Shown here piece after piece: positions 8,860 through 16,655 of a stretch of DNA of 64,000 bases. The notes below the pieces were generated by a model. That model was given only the letters and a program-made list of their open reading frames with translations. It ran no database searches and was not told the DNA's origin. Position 1 is the stretch's first letter. Each line of letters starts with the position of its first letter. The stretch comes from an uncultured Myxococcales bacterium. Lineage in GTDB: Bacteria > Myxococcota_A > Polyangia > Fen-1088. The stretch is from positions 211 to 64,210 of the forward strand of contig CAZIOH010000031.1 of assembly GCA_964540815.1 (NCBI GenBank). Direction: 5' to 3'. The position numbers and the translations under genes are program-made.

Positions 8860-10056
8860 ATGATTCGACGCCTCGACTTCCGTAACAGACCCTTGACATT
8901 CCTGAGCTCGGCCGTCGTCGCCGGGTTCGGACTCTCCACGAATCCGCTCTACGCGGACTCGGAGGTCACGCCGGCGCCGGCCTCGATCGGGGCCGATGTG
9001 CCGGTGACGTACTTCGGCCCGGCGCCGTCTTCCGTCGAGCCCGAGTTGATCGGGCCGCACCAGTTGATCACCGCCGGTCAAGTGGATCTGGCAGCCAGCA
9101 CGGTGAAGCTTCCGCTCTACAAGGGCCGGATGAAGAACACCGGCAAGGCCGTGTGGTTCATCCTCACGGATACCAGCGACGAGGGGCAGGCCCGAGCCCT
9201 TGGGATCAACTACTCCGCGAAGCTGCAATACGCGGCGACCTGCCGGGCCGCCCGAAACGGTGACTTCGCAAACGACGGCTCGGTGATCTTCGAGGAGGGG
9301 ACCGTCGACTTCGCGCCGGTCCATGCCGTCACACCGGGCGTCGCGCCGAAGGTCTTCCCGCCCGCCGCATTTCAGGCTGGCTCGGTCGGGGATGCCGACT
9401 ACAGCCCGCTGGTTCGCCTCGCCGGGGTCGTCTACAACGCCCCCATCGTGGCGTTCGGGGTCGAGGACGCAGATCTCGATTTCTGCCAGGCCACCCCTGA
9501 CCATTCCAAGGTCCACGACAAGGTCACCGCCATCTGTCCGAGGGACAACACCGTCACCCTGCGGCTGACCAACGGCTTCAGCTTCTCTCGACCCATCGTC
9601 TACATCAGCCTGGACGCAAACGATCCGCTCGCCGCCGCGCTCGAATCGGCGACCCTGGCCCCGGCCCTGAGCGACGTCACGGTGGGGCGAGACGACAGCT
9701 TCACCAGCGGCGTCGAGCGTCTCTTTGCGGTCATCAATGGTCCCACCAATGTGACCTCGGGCGAGGTGAACCCGCAGCGGCAAGGTTTCGAGAGCGTTCT
9801 CAAGGGAGACGGGTACGGGCCGCTCAACGTCTTCGGGGGAATCCCGACCTTGGCGACCGACTACAGCCCGCTGTGGGATGTGAACCTCGGCGAGTGGACC
9901 CAAGAGGCCATCGACAACGGCTATCGCTCACGCATCACCGACGAGTTCACCTGGCTCGGAATGGCGGTGCGCGGCTTCGTGACTGGGCCGGGGGGCACGC
10001 CCTACGGCTCGAGCGGAATCATCATCAACTGTCCTCCCGTCGCACGTCTCCTTTGA
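8860..10056 (+). CDS. secreted protein of unknown function, paralog A (about 398 aa), Sec signal peptide
   Basis: Inside track ORF 8680..10056; ATG start at the MIRRLDFRNRPLTFLSSAVVAGFGLS signal peptide. Roughly 45-50% identical to the next gene across its full length. The two share conserved Cys pairs (FCQATPDHSKVHDKVTAICP) and a DYSPLWD-NLG-WT motif. Confidence 0.7.
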   Translation: MIRRLDFRNRPLTFLSSAVVAGFGLSTNPLYADSEVTPAPASIGADVPVTYFGPAPSSVEPELIGPHQLITAGQVDLAASTVKLPLYKGRMKNTGKAVWFILTDTSDEGQARALGINYSAKLQYAATCRAARNGDFANDGSVIFEEGTVDFAPVHAVTPGVAPKVFPPAAFQAGSVGDADYSPLVRLAGVVYNAPIVAFGVEDADLDFCQATPDHSKVHDKVTAICPRDNTVTLRLTNGFSFSRPIVYISLDANDPLAAALESATLAPALSDVTVGRDDSFTSGVERLFAVINGPTNVTSGEVNPQRQGFESVLKGDGYGPLNVFGGIPTLATDYSPLWDVNLGEWTQEAIDNGYRSRITDEFTWLGMAVRGFVTGPGGTPYGSSGIIINCPPVARLL

Positions 10057-10093
10057 ACTCCCTCCTCTACCGACACCAACGGAGCCTACGATC

Positions 10094-11464
10094 ATGAAAA
10101 CCTCTGAATACGTCATTCTCGTCACTGTCCTCAACCTGATGGCGGGCGTGGGATGCAACAGCAGCAGCGGAACGGCGAGCGCTCTCAGCACCGGCGGAGG
10201 TGGCCTCGGCGGAAGCGGCGGCCAGCCGCCGGGAGCCGCGGACGCCAGCGACCTTCGAACGGGGCCGCAATGTCGCCAGGTCGGGGCCACCCGTTCTCCG
10301 CAGGTGACGACTGGCCTCGCCGACGAGATAGCTCCGGCGCCGCCTTCGATCGGCGCGGACGTCCCAGCGACCTACTTCGGGCCGAGCCCGTCCAGTGTGA
10401 ACCCCAACCTGGTGGGTCCGCTCACCTTGCTGAGGAGTGGCACGATCGATTTCGCCAAGGGCACCATCAAGCTGCCGCTCTACAAGGGCATGGTCAAATC
10501 GACGGGCCTCGCCGTTTACTACATCCTCACGGACACCAGCGACAAGGGGATTGCCGATGGGCTCGGGTTGAACTACTCGGCGAAGTTGAAGTTCGCGAAC
10601 GCCGCGGCGAGCGCGGGGGTCAACGGCTCGAATCCGGCGACCACCCTTCCCGCGCGGCAGGCGCACACGACCGCCGATCTCTCGCTGCAGTTCGACAACG
10701 GCACCGTCGACTTTGCCCCGCGGCTGGCGGTCACCCCCGGTGGGGCGCCGGACTTCTTTCCACCGTCCGCGGTGCAGCCCGGGTCGATCGGCGACAGCGA
10801 CTACACGCCGCTCGTCTACGTGCAGGATCAAGGGGTCGTGTACAACGCGCCCGTCGTCGCCTACGGTGTGACCGACGGCGATCTCAGCTTCTGTGACGGC
10901 GTCCCCGACTACGCCAAGGTGCATGACAAGGTCGCCGCCATCTGCCCGGACGACGGTACGGTGACCATTCGCCTGACGGCGGGCTTCAGCTTCGGCAAGC
11001 CCGTGTGGTATCTCAGCACGGACGCGAGCGATCCGCTCCTGGCTGCCCTCGAGCAAGCGACGTTTGCACCGGCCCTGCAGAACACCCGCGTCGGGGGCGA
11101 CGACGGCGCGTTCAGCGCGGTCGAGCGGATCTTCTCCTTCGCCAATGGTCCCACGAACGTCGGGACTGGCGACGTGGTCAACCCGCAACGACAAGGCCTG
11201 AACAGCGCGCTCAAGGGCGAAGGAGGTCCGCTCAACGTGCTCGGTGGAATTCCACACGTCGCCACCGATTACAGCCCCCTGTGGGACTTCAACCTGGGGG
11301 TCTGGACGGCCGACGCCATCGCCAAGGGCTATCGCTCTCGTGTGAACGAGGAGTTCCAGATCCTGGGGCTCGTCCAGCGCGGCTTCATCACCGGGCCAGG
11401 CGGCAAGCCGTGGGGTTCGACTGGCCTCATCGTGGACTGCCCCATCGTGCACCGCTTTCTCTAG
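10094..11464 (+). CDS. lipoprotein of unknown function, paralog B (456 aa), Gly/Ser-rich linker after the lipobox
   Basis: MKTSEYVILVTVLNLMAGVGC is a lipoprotein-type signal. Shared motifs with paralog A include LPLYKG, LTDTSD, NYSAKL, VYNAPVVA, KVHDKVAAICP and ATDYSPLWD. Confidence 0.7.
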   Translation: MKTSEYVILVTVLNLMAGVGCNSSSGTASALSTGGGGLGGSGGQPPGAADASDLRTGPQCRQVGATRSPQVTTGLADEIAPAPPSIGADVPATYFGPSPSSVNPNLVGPLTLLRSGTIDFAKGTIKLPLYKGMVKSTGLAVYYILTDTSDKGIADGLGLNYSAKLKFANAAASAGVNGSNPATTLPARQAHTTADLSLQFDNGTVDFAPRLAVTPGGAPDFFPPSAVQPGSIGDSDYTPLVYVQDQGVVYNAPVVAYGVTDGDLSFCDGVPDYAKVHDKVAAICPDDGTVTIRLTAGFSFGKPVWYLSTDASDPLLAALEQATFAPALQNTRVGGDDGAFSAVERIFSFANGPTNVGTGDVVNPQRQGLNSALKGEGGPLNVLGGIPHVATDYSPLWDFNLGVWTADAIAKGYRSRVNEEFQILGLVQRGFITGPGGKPWGSTGLIVDCPIVHRFL

Positions 11465-11475
11465 AGCACCCGTTC

Positions 11476-11517
11476 CCAACCAACCAGCCAACCGACCAAC
11501 CAACCAACCAACAACAG
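11476..11517 (+). repeat. imperfect (CCAA)n tetranucleotide tract (about 10 units) in the 5' leader of the Met-rich lipoprotein gene
   Basis: The tract ccaaccaaccagccaaccgaccaaccaaccaaccaacaacag sits directly upstream of an AAGGAG RBS and the ATG at 11542. It is an A/C-rich simple repeat in a roughly 70% GC genome. Confidence 0.6.
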
Positions 11518-11541
11518 ACCCACCCACCAAGGAGATCCCCC

Positions 11542-11928
11542 ATGAAACTCGCACTCGTCGTTCTCGCCACCATGCCGTTCAGCTTCTCCGCCTGCAAATC
11601 CTCCCCGCCCGGGGGCCCGGAGATGACACAACCGGCGATGCACGCCACCATGGCTGGCCAGGCACACGGCCCGGGCATGATGAGCGCGCCCGCCATGGCA
11701 GGGACGGGTAACACTGCGCCAGCGATGGCCGGTGGCGCCATGGCCGGTGGCTCGATCATGGCGGCACATGCCGTCGCCCCGGCGGCCGCCGTGATGGCAC
11801 ACGCGCCCGCCACGGCGCCCGCCATGGTGCCCGCCGCCATGGCACCGGCCACCACCATGGGGGCGACATCAAAGCCGACCATGAAGACGGCCGGTGGCAA
11901 GCGTCCGGTCGCCGGAACCCGACTCTAG
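11542..11928 (+). CDS. Met/Ala/His-rich small lipoprotein (MrpX-like methionine-rich peptide, or Cu-binding Met-rich protein), 128 aa
   Basis: ATG at 11542 with an AAGGAG RBS. The signal ATMPFSFSAC points to a lipoprotein. The mature part (AMHATMAGQAHGPGMMSAPAMAGTGNTAPAMAGGAMAGGSIMAAHAVAP...) has about 13% Met with MxxxM spacing and several His. It lies immediately upstream of msrP. Confidence 0.7.
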   Translation: MKLALVVLATMPFSFSACKSSPPGGPEMTQPAMHATMAGQAHGPGMMSAPAMAGTGNTAPAMAGGAMAGGSIMAAHAVAPAAAVMAHAPATAPAMVPAAMAPATTMGATSKPTMKTAGGKRPVAGTRL

Positions 11929-12191
11929 GGACCAGTCACTCGGATGCTCCACGGAATCAACATGGCCAGCGAGGTGGACGGCACGGGGATGATGACCGGC
12001 CGTTCCCTCGCGTGGGGGCGTGAGACTCCTGAGTCAGCAATGAATGCGATTCCGTCGCCGGAGACTCCGGCGGCGGAGGCCCGATCGCGCGCCGTCCAGG
12101 CCTGCGGTCGTGCTAGTGTTTCCTGCGTGGTCGACGTGACGGATCGGGAGCGGAGTCGTGGCGGCGAAGGCCGGCGACTCCGTCGAGGCTG

Positions 12192-13178
12192 ATGGCCAGT
12201 TCGGACGACATACCGCCGTCGGAGATCACACCGGCCTCGATGTACTTCAACCGGAAGACCTTCATGCGGGGGGTCGTGGCAGCTGCCAGCGTGGCCACGA
12301 CGGCGGCCGTCTACCGCCGTCTGAACGGCAAGTCCGAAGCGGCCGTCGAGGCGCCGAAGTTGGCCGGCCTGGAAGCGCCGGCCGTATCCGCCGAGGCGGC
12401 CGCGGCCGACGGCTACCGCATCGACGAAGCGATGACGCCGCTCGCTTCCGTCACGCACTACAACAACTTCTACGAGTTCACCACGGACAAGGACGGCGTG
12501 GCGGACCGGGCCAAGGACTTCTCGACCAAGGGCTGGCAGGTGACGGTCGATGGCCTGGTGGGCAAGCCCAGGGTGTTCGACCTCGCCGATCTCCTGAAGA
12601 TCAGTCCCCCCGAGGAGCGGATCTATCGAATGCGTTGCGTGGAGGCGTGGTCGATGGTGATTCCGTGGGCCGGCTTCTCGTTGTCGAAGCTCCTCGCGCG
12701 GGTGGAGCCGCTCAGCGCGGCGAAGTACGTCGCGTTCGAGACGCTGCTCGATCCAGCGCGCATGCCAGGTCAGAAGACCGGCGTGCTCGACTGGCCATAC
12801 ATCGAGGGACTTCGGATGGACGAGGCCATGCATCCCCTGACGATCCTGGCGTCGGGCTTGTACGGGCGCGAGCTGCCCGCGCAGGACGGGGCCCCGGTGC
12901 GGCTGGTGGTGCCCTGGAAGTACGGCTTCAAGGGGATCAAGTCGGTCGTGAAGATCTCCCTGGTCGCGGCGCAACCCAAGACCACCTGGAACCTCCAGGC
13001 GCCCGACGAATATGGGTTCTTCGCCAACGTCAACCCCAAGGTCGACCATCCGCGCTGGAGCCAGGCCACGGAACAGCGCATCGGTGAATCGGGCCGCCGC
13101 GCCACCCTGATGTTCAACGGCTACGGCAAGCAGGTGGCGAGCCTGTATTCGGGCATGGACCTGCGCGCGAACTTCTGA
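12192..13178 (+). CDS. msrP: protein-methionine-sulfoxide reductase catalytic subunit MsrP (YedY, molybdopterin-dependent)
   Basis: The YedY hallmark THYNNFYEF is present, with the Mo-cofactor region that follows it. A Tat-like N-terminus ([20 protein letters not shown]) is present. An alternative start is the ATG at 12240. Confidence 0.85.
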   Translation: MASSDDIPPSEITPASMYFNRKTFMRGVVAAASVATTAAVYRRLNGKSEAAVEAPKLAGLEAPAVSAEAAAADGYRIDEAMTPLASVTHYNNFYEFTTDKDGVADRAKDFSTKGWQVTVDGLVGKPRVFDLADLLKISPPEERIYRMRCVEAWSMVIPWAGFSLSKLLARVEPLSAAKYVAFETLLDPARMPGQKTGVLDWPYIEGLRMDEAMHPLTILASGLYGRELPAQDGAPVRLVVPWKYGFKGIKSVVKISLVAAQPKTTWNLQAPDEYGFFANVNPKVDHPRWSQATEQRIGESGRRATLMFNGYGKQVASLYSGMDLRANF

Positions 13179-13200
13179 GCTGCGGACGCGGAGACCACAC

Positions 13201-15003
13201 ATGAAGCGCAAGCGCGACCTCCGGTTCACGAAGCTCCTGGTCGTGGTCAACGCGATCGTTCCGGGGGCGATCCTGGCCTGGGATGCAGCCCACGGACAGA
13301 TTGGTGTCAACGGCGTCAACTACGCCCTGCACACCACGGGATTGTTGGCCCTGATCTTCTTGCTGCTCACGCTCCTGGTGACGCCGCTGCGCAAGATCAC
13401 CGGGATCAACACCCTGATCTCGTACCGCCGCACGCTGGGGCTCATGGGGTTCGGCTACGCATGCGTGCATTTTCTGATCTTCTACGGGCTCGATCGCGCC
13501 GCGAGCGTCTCGAGCACGGTGCACGAGATCTTGACCAGGCGCTACCTGCTCATCGGGACCGCGGGGTTGTTGTTGATGGTGCCGCTGGCTGCCACCTCGA
13601 CGAACGCCATGCTGATGCGGCTGGGGGCAAAGCGCTGGAAGGCGCTGCACCGCCTGGTCTACCTGGTCGCGATCGCCGGCGCGCTGCACTACTACCTGCT
13701 GGTGAAGTCGGATGTTCGACAGCCGCTGGCGTTCGCCGGGGTGCTGGTGGCGCTCCTTGGCTTCCGGGTGGTGGGGTACCTCCTCGATCGGCGCAAGGCA
13801 CTCGACCCCGCGAAGCGCGCCCCCGCTTCGATGACGACGACGGCTTCGGCGACGTCGCCATCGCCGTCGCCGTCGCCGTCGGGCCCTGCCAGACCCCGCT
13901 CCTGGTCGGGGAGCCTTCGGGTGGCGAACGTGTTCGACGAGACACCCGACGTTCGCACGTTCCGTCTGATGCGCGAGGATGGGCAGCCGCTGCCGTTCGA
14001 GCACCAGCCAGGCCAGTACCTGAATCTGGCCCTCACCATAGACGGGAGGCGTGTCAATCGGTCGTACACCATCGCGTCGTCGCCCACGCGCGGGCACTCC
14101 TGCGAGGTCACGGTCAAGCGCAGCCCGAGCGGGCAGGGCTCTGTCCACCTGCACGATCAAATTCGCGTCGGTACCATGCTGAAGGTGTCGGCGCCCGCCG
14201 GCCGCTTCGTGTTCACGGGGGCAGGGTCGGATCGGGTCTTCCTCATCGCAGGCGGCGTGGGGATCACCCCCCTCATGTCCATCATTCGCTACCTGACGGA
14301 TCGCAGCTGGCCGGGCCAGATCCACCTGCTGTTCTCGTCGAAGAAGCGGGTCGATCTGATCTTCGCCGAAGAGCTCGCCTATCTGGAGCGGCGGTTCCCC
14401 AACCTCCACGTCTGTCACACGTTGTCGCGCGAGGATGGAAAAGGGGAGGTCAGCGATTGGAAGGGCGAGCGGGGCACCATCACCCGTGAACTCCTGGCGC
14501 GCGTGATGCCGGACGTGGCCCGTGGGCCGGTCTATCTGTGCGGGCCGGACGGCATGATGGCGGCGGTGCGGAAGGTGCTTCTCGAGATGGGTTTGCCCGA
14601 GGGGCTGCTGAAGACCGAGGCCTTCGTGTCTCCGCTGACCGCGGGGGCGCTGGCGCCTGCGGCCACCGGAGAGGACGCCGTCTCGGCGACCTTGGAGACT
14701 GCAGCGGCTGCCGACCCGCTGGCGACCACCCGGACGGAGGGGGCAGGGCATGTGCGCTTCCAGCGATCGGGCCAGCAGATCGAGGAGTCGCCGACCAAGA
14801 CGATCCTCGAGACCGCAGAGGACGCTGGCGTCAGCATTCCTTTTGAATGTCGTTCGGGCATCTGTGGACAGTGCAAGACCAAGTTGATCTCGGGGCGCGT
14901 GACCATGGAGACCGAGGACGCGCTCAGCGCGGCCGAGAAGGCCCGGGGATTCATCCTCGCCTGTCAGGCGCACGCCGTTGGTGACGTGACCGTCGATGCC
15001 TGA
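13201..15003 (+). CDS. msrQ: MsrQ (YedZ-like ferric-reductase transmembrane haem-b domain) fused to an FNR-type FAD/NAD(P)H oxidoreductase domain and a C-terminal 2Fe-2S ferredoxin domain
   Basis: The N-terminal 200 aa form a six-helix membrane domain with conserved His. RSYTIASSP is an RxYS FAD-binding motif and FLIAGGVGITPLMS is an NAD(P)-binding motif. The C-terminus CRSGICGQCKTK...ACQ is a plant-type 2Fe-2S ferredoxin motif. The reading frame runs 600 aa without interruption. Confidence 0.85.
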   Translation: MKRKRDLRFTKLLVVVNAIVPGAILAWDAAHGQIGVNGVNYALHTTGLLALIFLLLTLLVTPLRKITGINTLISYRRTLGLMGFGYACVHFLIFYGLDRAASVSSTVHEILTRRYLLIGTAGLLLMVPLAATSTNAMLMRLGAKRWKALHRLVYLVAIAGALHYYLLVKSDVRQPLAFAGVLVALLGFRVVGYLLDRRKALDPAKRAPASMTTTASATSPSPSPSPSGPARPRSWSGSLRVANVFDETPDVRTFRLMREDGQPLPFEHQPGQYLNLALTIDGRRVNRSYTIASSPTRGHSCEVTVKRSPSGQGSVHLHDQIRVGTMLKVSAPAGRFVFTGAGSDRVFLIAGGVGITPLMSIIRYLTDRSWPGQIHLLFSSKKRVDLIFAEELAYLERRFPNLHVCHTLSREDGKGEVSDWKGERGTITRELLARVMPDVARGPVYLCGPDGMMAAVRKVLLEMGLPEGLLKTEAFVSPLTAGALAPAATGEDAVSATLETAAAADPLATTRTEGAGHVRFQRSGQQIEESPTKTILETAEDAGVSIPFECRSGICGQCKTKLISGRVTMETEDALSAAEKARGFILACQAHAVGDVTVDA

Positions 15004-15074
15004 GCGTCTGGTGGACCCGTCGGAATGACAAAGCTCCTCGGGTGGAGAGAGTCACGTCGTCCGGCCCATTCTTG

Positions 15075-16322
15075 TCAGACAGGACACGAGCTGGCGGCTG
15101 GCTCGCCTCCGTGCGCTGCATGGGTGGAGTAGTCGGGCAGCTCGAGATCGTCGACGAGGCTGGACCCGACGGCCAATCTCGCGAGAAGCGGCGACCCCAG
15201 CACCCTCGTGGCCTGGTTCCGCATGAATATGCCGAGACCCGTTCGGGGTGCGATTGAACTGGCGAATCGGGCCGCTGCCGATTGCGTTTGAAGCATGAAC
15301 TTTCGCAGGAGCTGCTCGTATCGACTGAAGGCATCCTGCACGCTGCCGGAGCTCGAGGTAGCGCGGGCCATCTCGCCCGCCAGCACGTAAGCGCTCACGA
15401 GCGCCAGCGCGGCCCCCTGGCCGGCCATCAGGGACGGTGCAAACGCCGCGTCACCCACGAGCGCGACCCGGCCCTTCGACCACGCGTCCATGTGGATCTG
15501 GCTGACCCGATCGAAGGAGAGCGTATCCACGTCCCCGAGTGCGGCGAGAACGCGGTCACTCTCCCAGCCCGTGTTCGCAAAGCGACGGTGCAGATACGCC
15601 CGCTGCTGGTCGAGGTCCCGCGGCAGGGCCGCCACTCTGCGGCTTTCGGCCGCCAGGAGGAGGAAGCTGGTCCGATCATCGGGCATCGAATAGCGCATGA
15701 TCTGTTGCCCCGGCACTGCAAAGCCCACGCAGTCAGCCCCGTCGGCCGGGCGGTAGCCGGTACTTTCGAACGCCGCTGCCGTGTAGCCGAGGAATCGCTC
15801 GAAGCGAGACTGCGGCCCGAAGACCAGGGAACGCACCGTCGAGTGCAGCCCGTCGGCGGCGATCACGACGTCGAAGCGACGCGATGGGCTCAGGCGAAAA
15901 TGGACCAGGACGCCGTCCGCGTCCTCCTCGAGCGCGGAGATGGAGTCGCCGAAAATTGACTCCACCCGACCATCGATCGAGCTCTGGAGGATCTCGCTGA
16001 GCGCGCCTGGCGGCAAGCTGATGTAGCGTCCGTTGGTGAGGGCTTCGAATCGCTCCCCCTTGAAGCCGCCTGTGCGCCTTCCCTGGCGGTCCACCAGGCG
16101 AACCTCGCGCACGCGATACCCGGCAGCCAGGACCCTCGGCAAGAGTCCCATACGCTCGACGAGGTCGAAGCCAGGTCCCCAGAGATGGATGATGTGGCCG
16201 CTCCGGCGCGGCGCGGGCGCCTGTTCGACCATGGTCGGAACGCAACCATAGCGAAGCAACCAGTTGGCCACGGCAGGCCCCGCAATCCCGTTGCCGGAGA
16301 TGAGCACGGACTGTCCCCGCAT
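15075..16322 (-). CDS. FAD-dependent monooxygenase (salicylate/aromatic hydroxylase, UbiH-like family)
   Basis: MRGQSVLISGNGIAGPAVANWL is a GxGxxG FAD fingerprint. The C-terminal GDAAH-type motif VALVGDAAFAPSLMAGQGAALA is present. The likely start is the internal ATG at 16322; the track ORF extends to 16412. Confidence 0.8.
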   Translation of the reverse strand: MRGQSVLISGNGIAGPAVANWLLRYGCVPTMVEQAPAPRRSGHIIHLWGPGFDLVERMGLLPRVLAAGYRVREVRLVDRQGRRTGGFKGERFEALTNGRYISLPPGALSEILQSSIDGRVESIFGDSISALEEDADGVLVHFRLSPSRRFDVVIAADGLHSTVRSLVFGPQSRFERFLGYTAAAFESTGYRPADGADCVGFAVPGQQIMRYSMPDDRTSFLLLAAESRRVAALPRDLDQQRAYLHRRFANTGWESDRVLAALGDVDTLSFDRVSQIHMDAWSKGRVALVGDAAFAPSLMAGQGAALALVSAYVLAGEMARATSSSGSVQDAFSRYEQLLRKFMLQTQSAAARFASSIAPRTGLGIFMRNQATRVLGSPLLARLAVGSSLVDDLELPDYSTHAAHGGEPAASSCPV

Positions 16323-16655
16323 GGGCGTGGGGATGGGTCGAGGTCGGAGTCGCCTCGACCCCTCGACCTGCATGGAGGCGCTCACCGCGCCCCCCCCAGA
16401 CGTGACGCGCATCCCACGCTGTGTCGTGGCTGTCGACGCGCTCTCCAGAAGCCTTGGCCTTCCGAGTCCGAGCGCACGCCCGGGTGTCGCCGCGCCATCT
16501 CCCCTGGCGGCGCACGCCGCCGTGAAAGATCTGTCAACTCCGAAGTCCGAGCGCGCCGCCCCGCGGAGGCTCGAAAGTCCACGGCGGCGGCCGTCAGCTC
16601 GACCTGGAGACCCATCAGATGCAGCGGTTCGAACCTTCGAGACATGGGCCCCTCT

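Noticed and set aside
11925-14973. Two long minus-strand ORFs (464 aa and 619 aa) opposite msrP and msrQ
   Set aside because: They are antisense artefacts. The plus-strand products carry diagnostic YedY, YedZ, FNR and Fer2 motifs.
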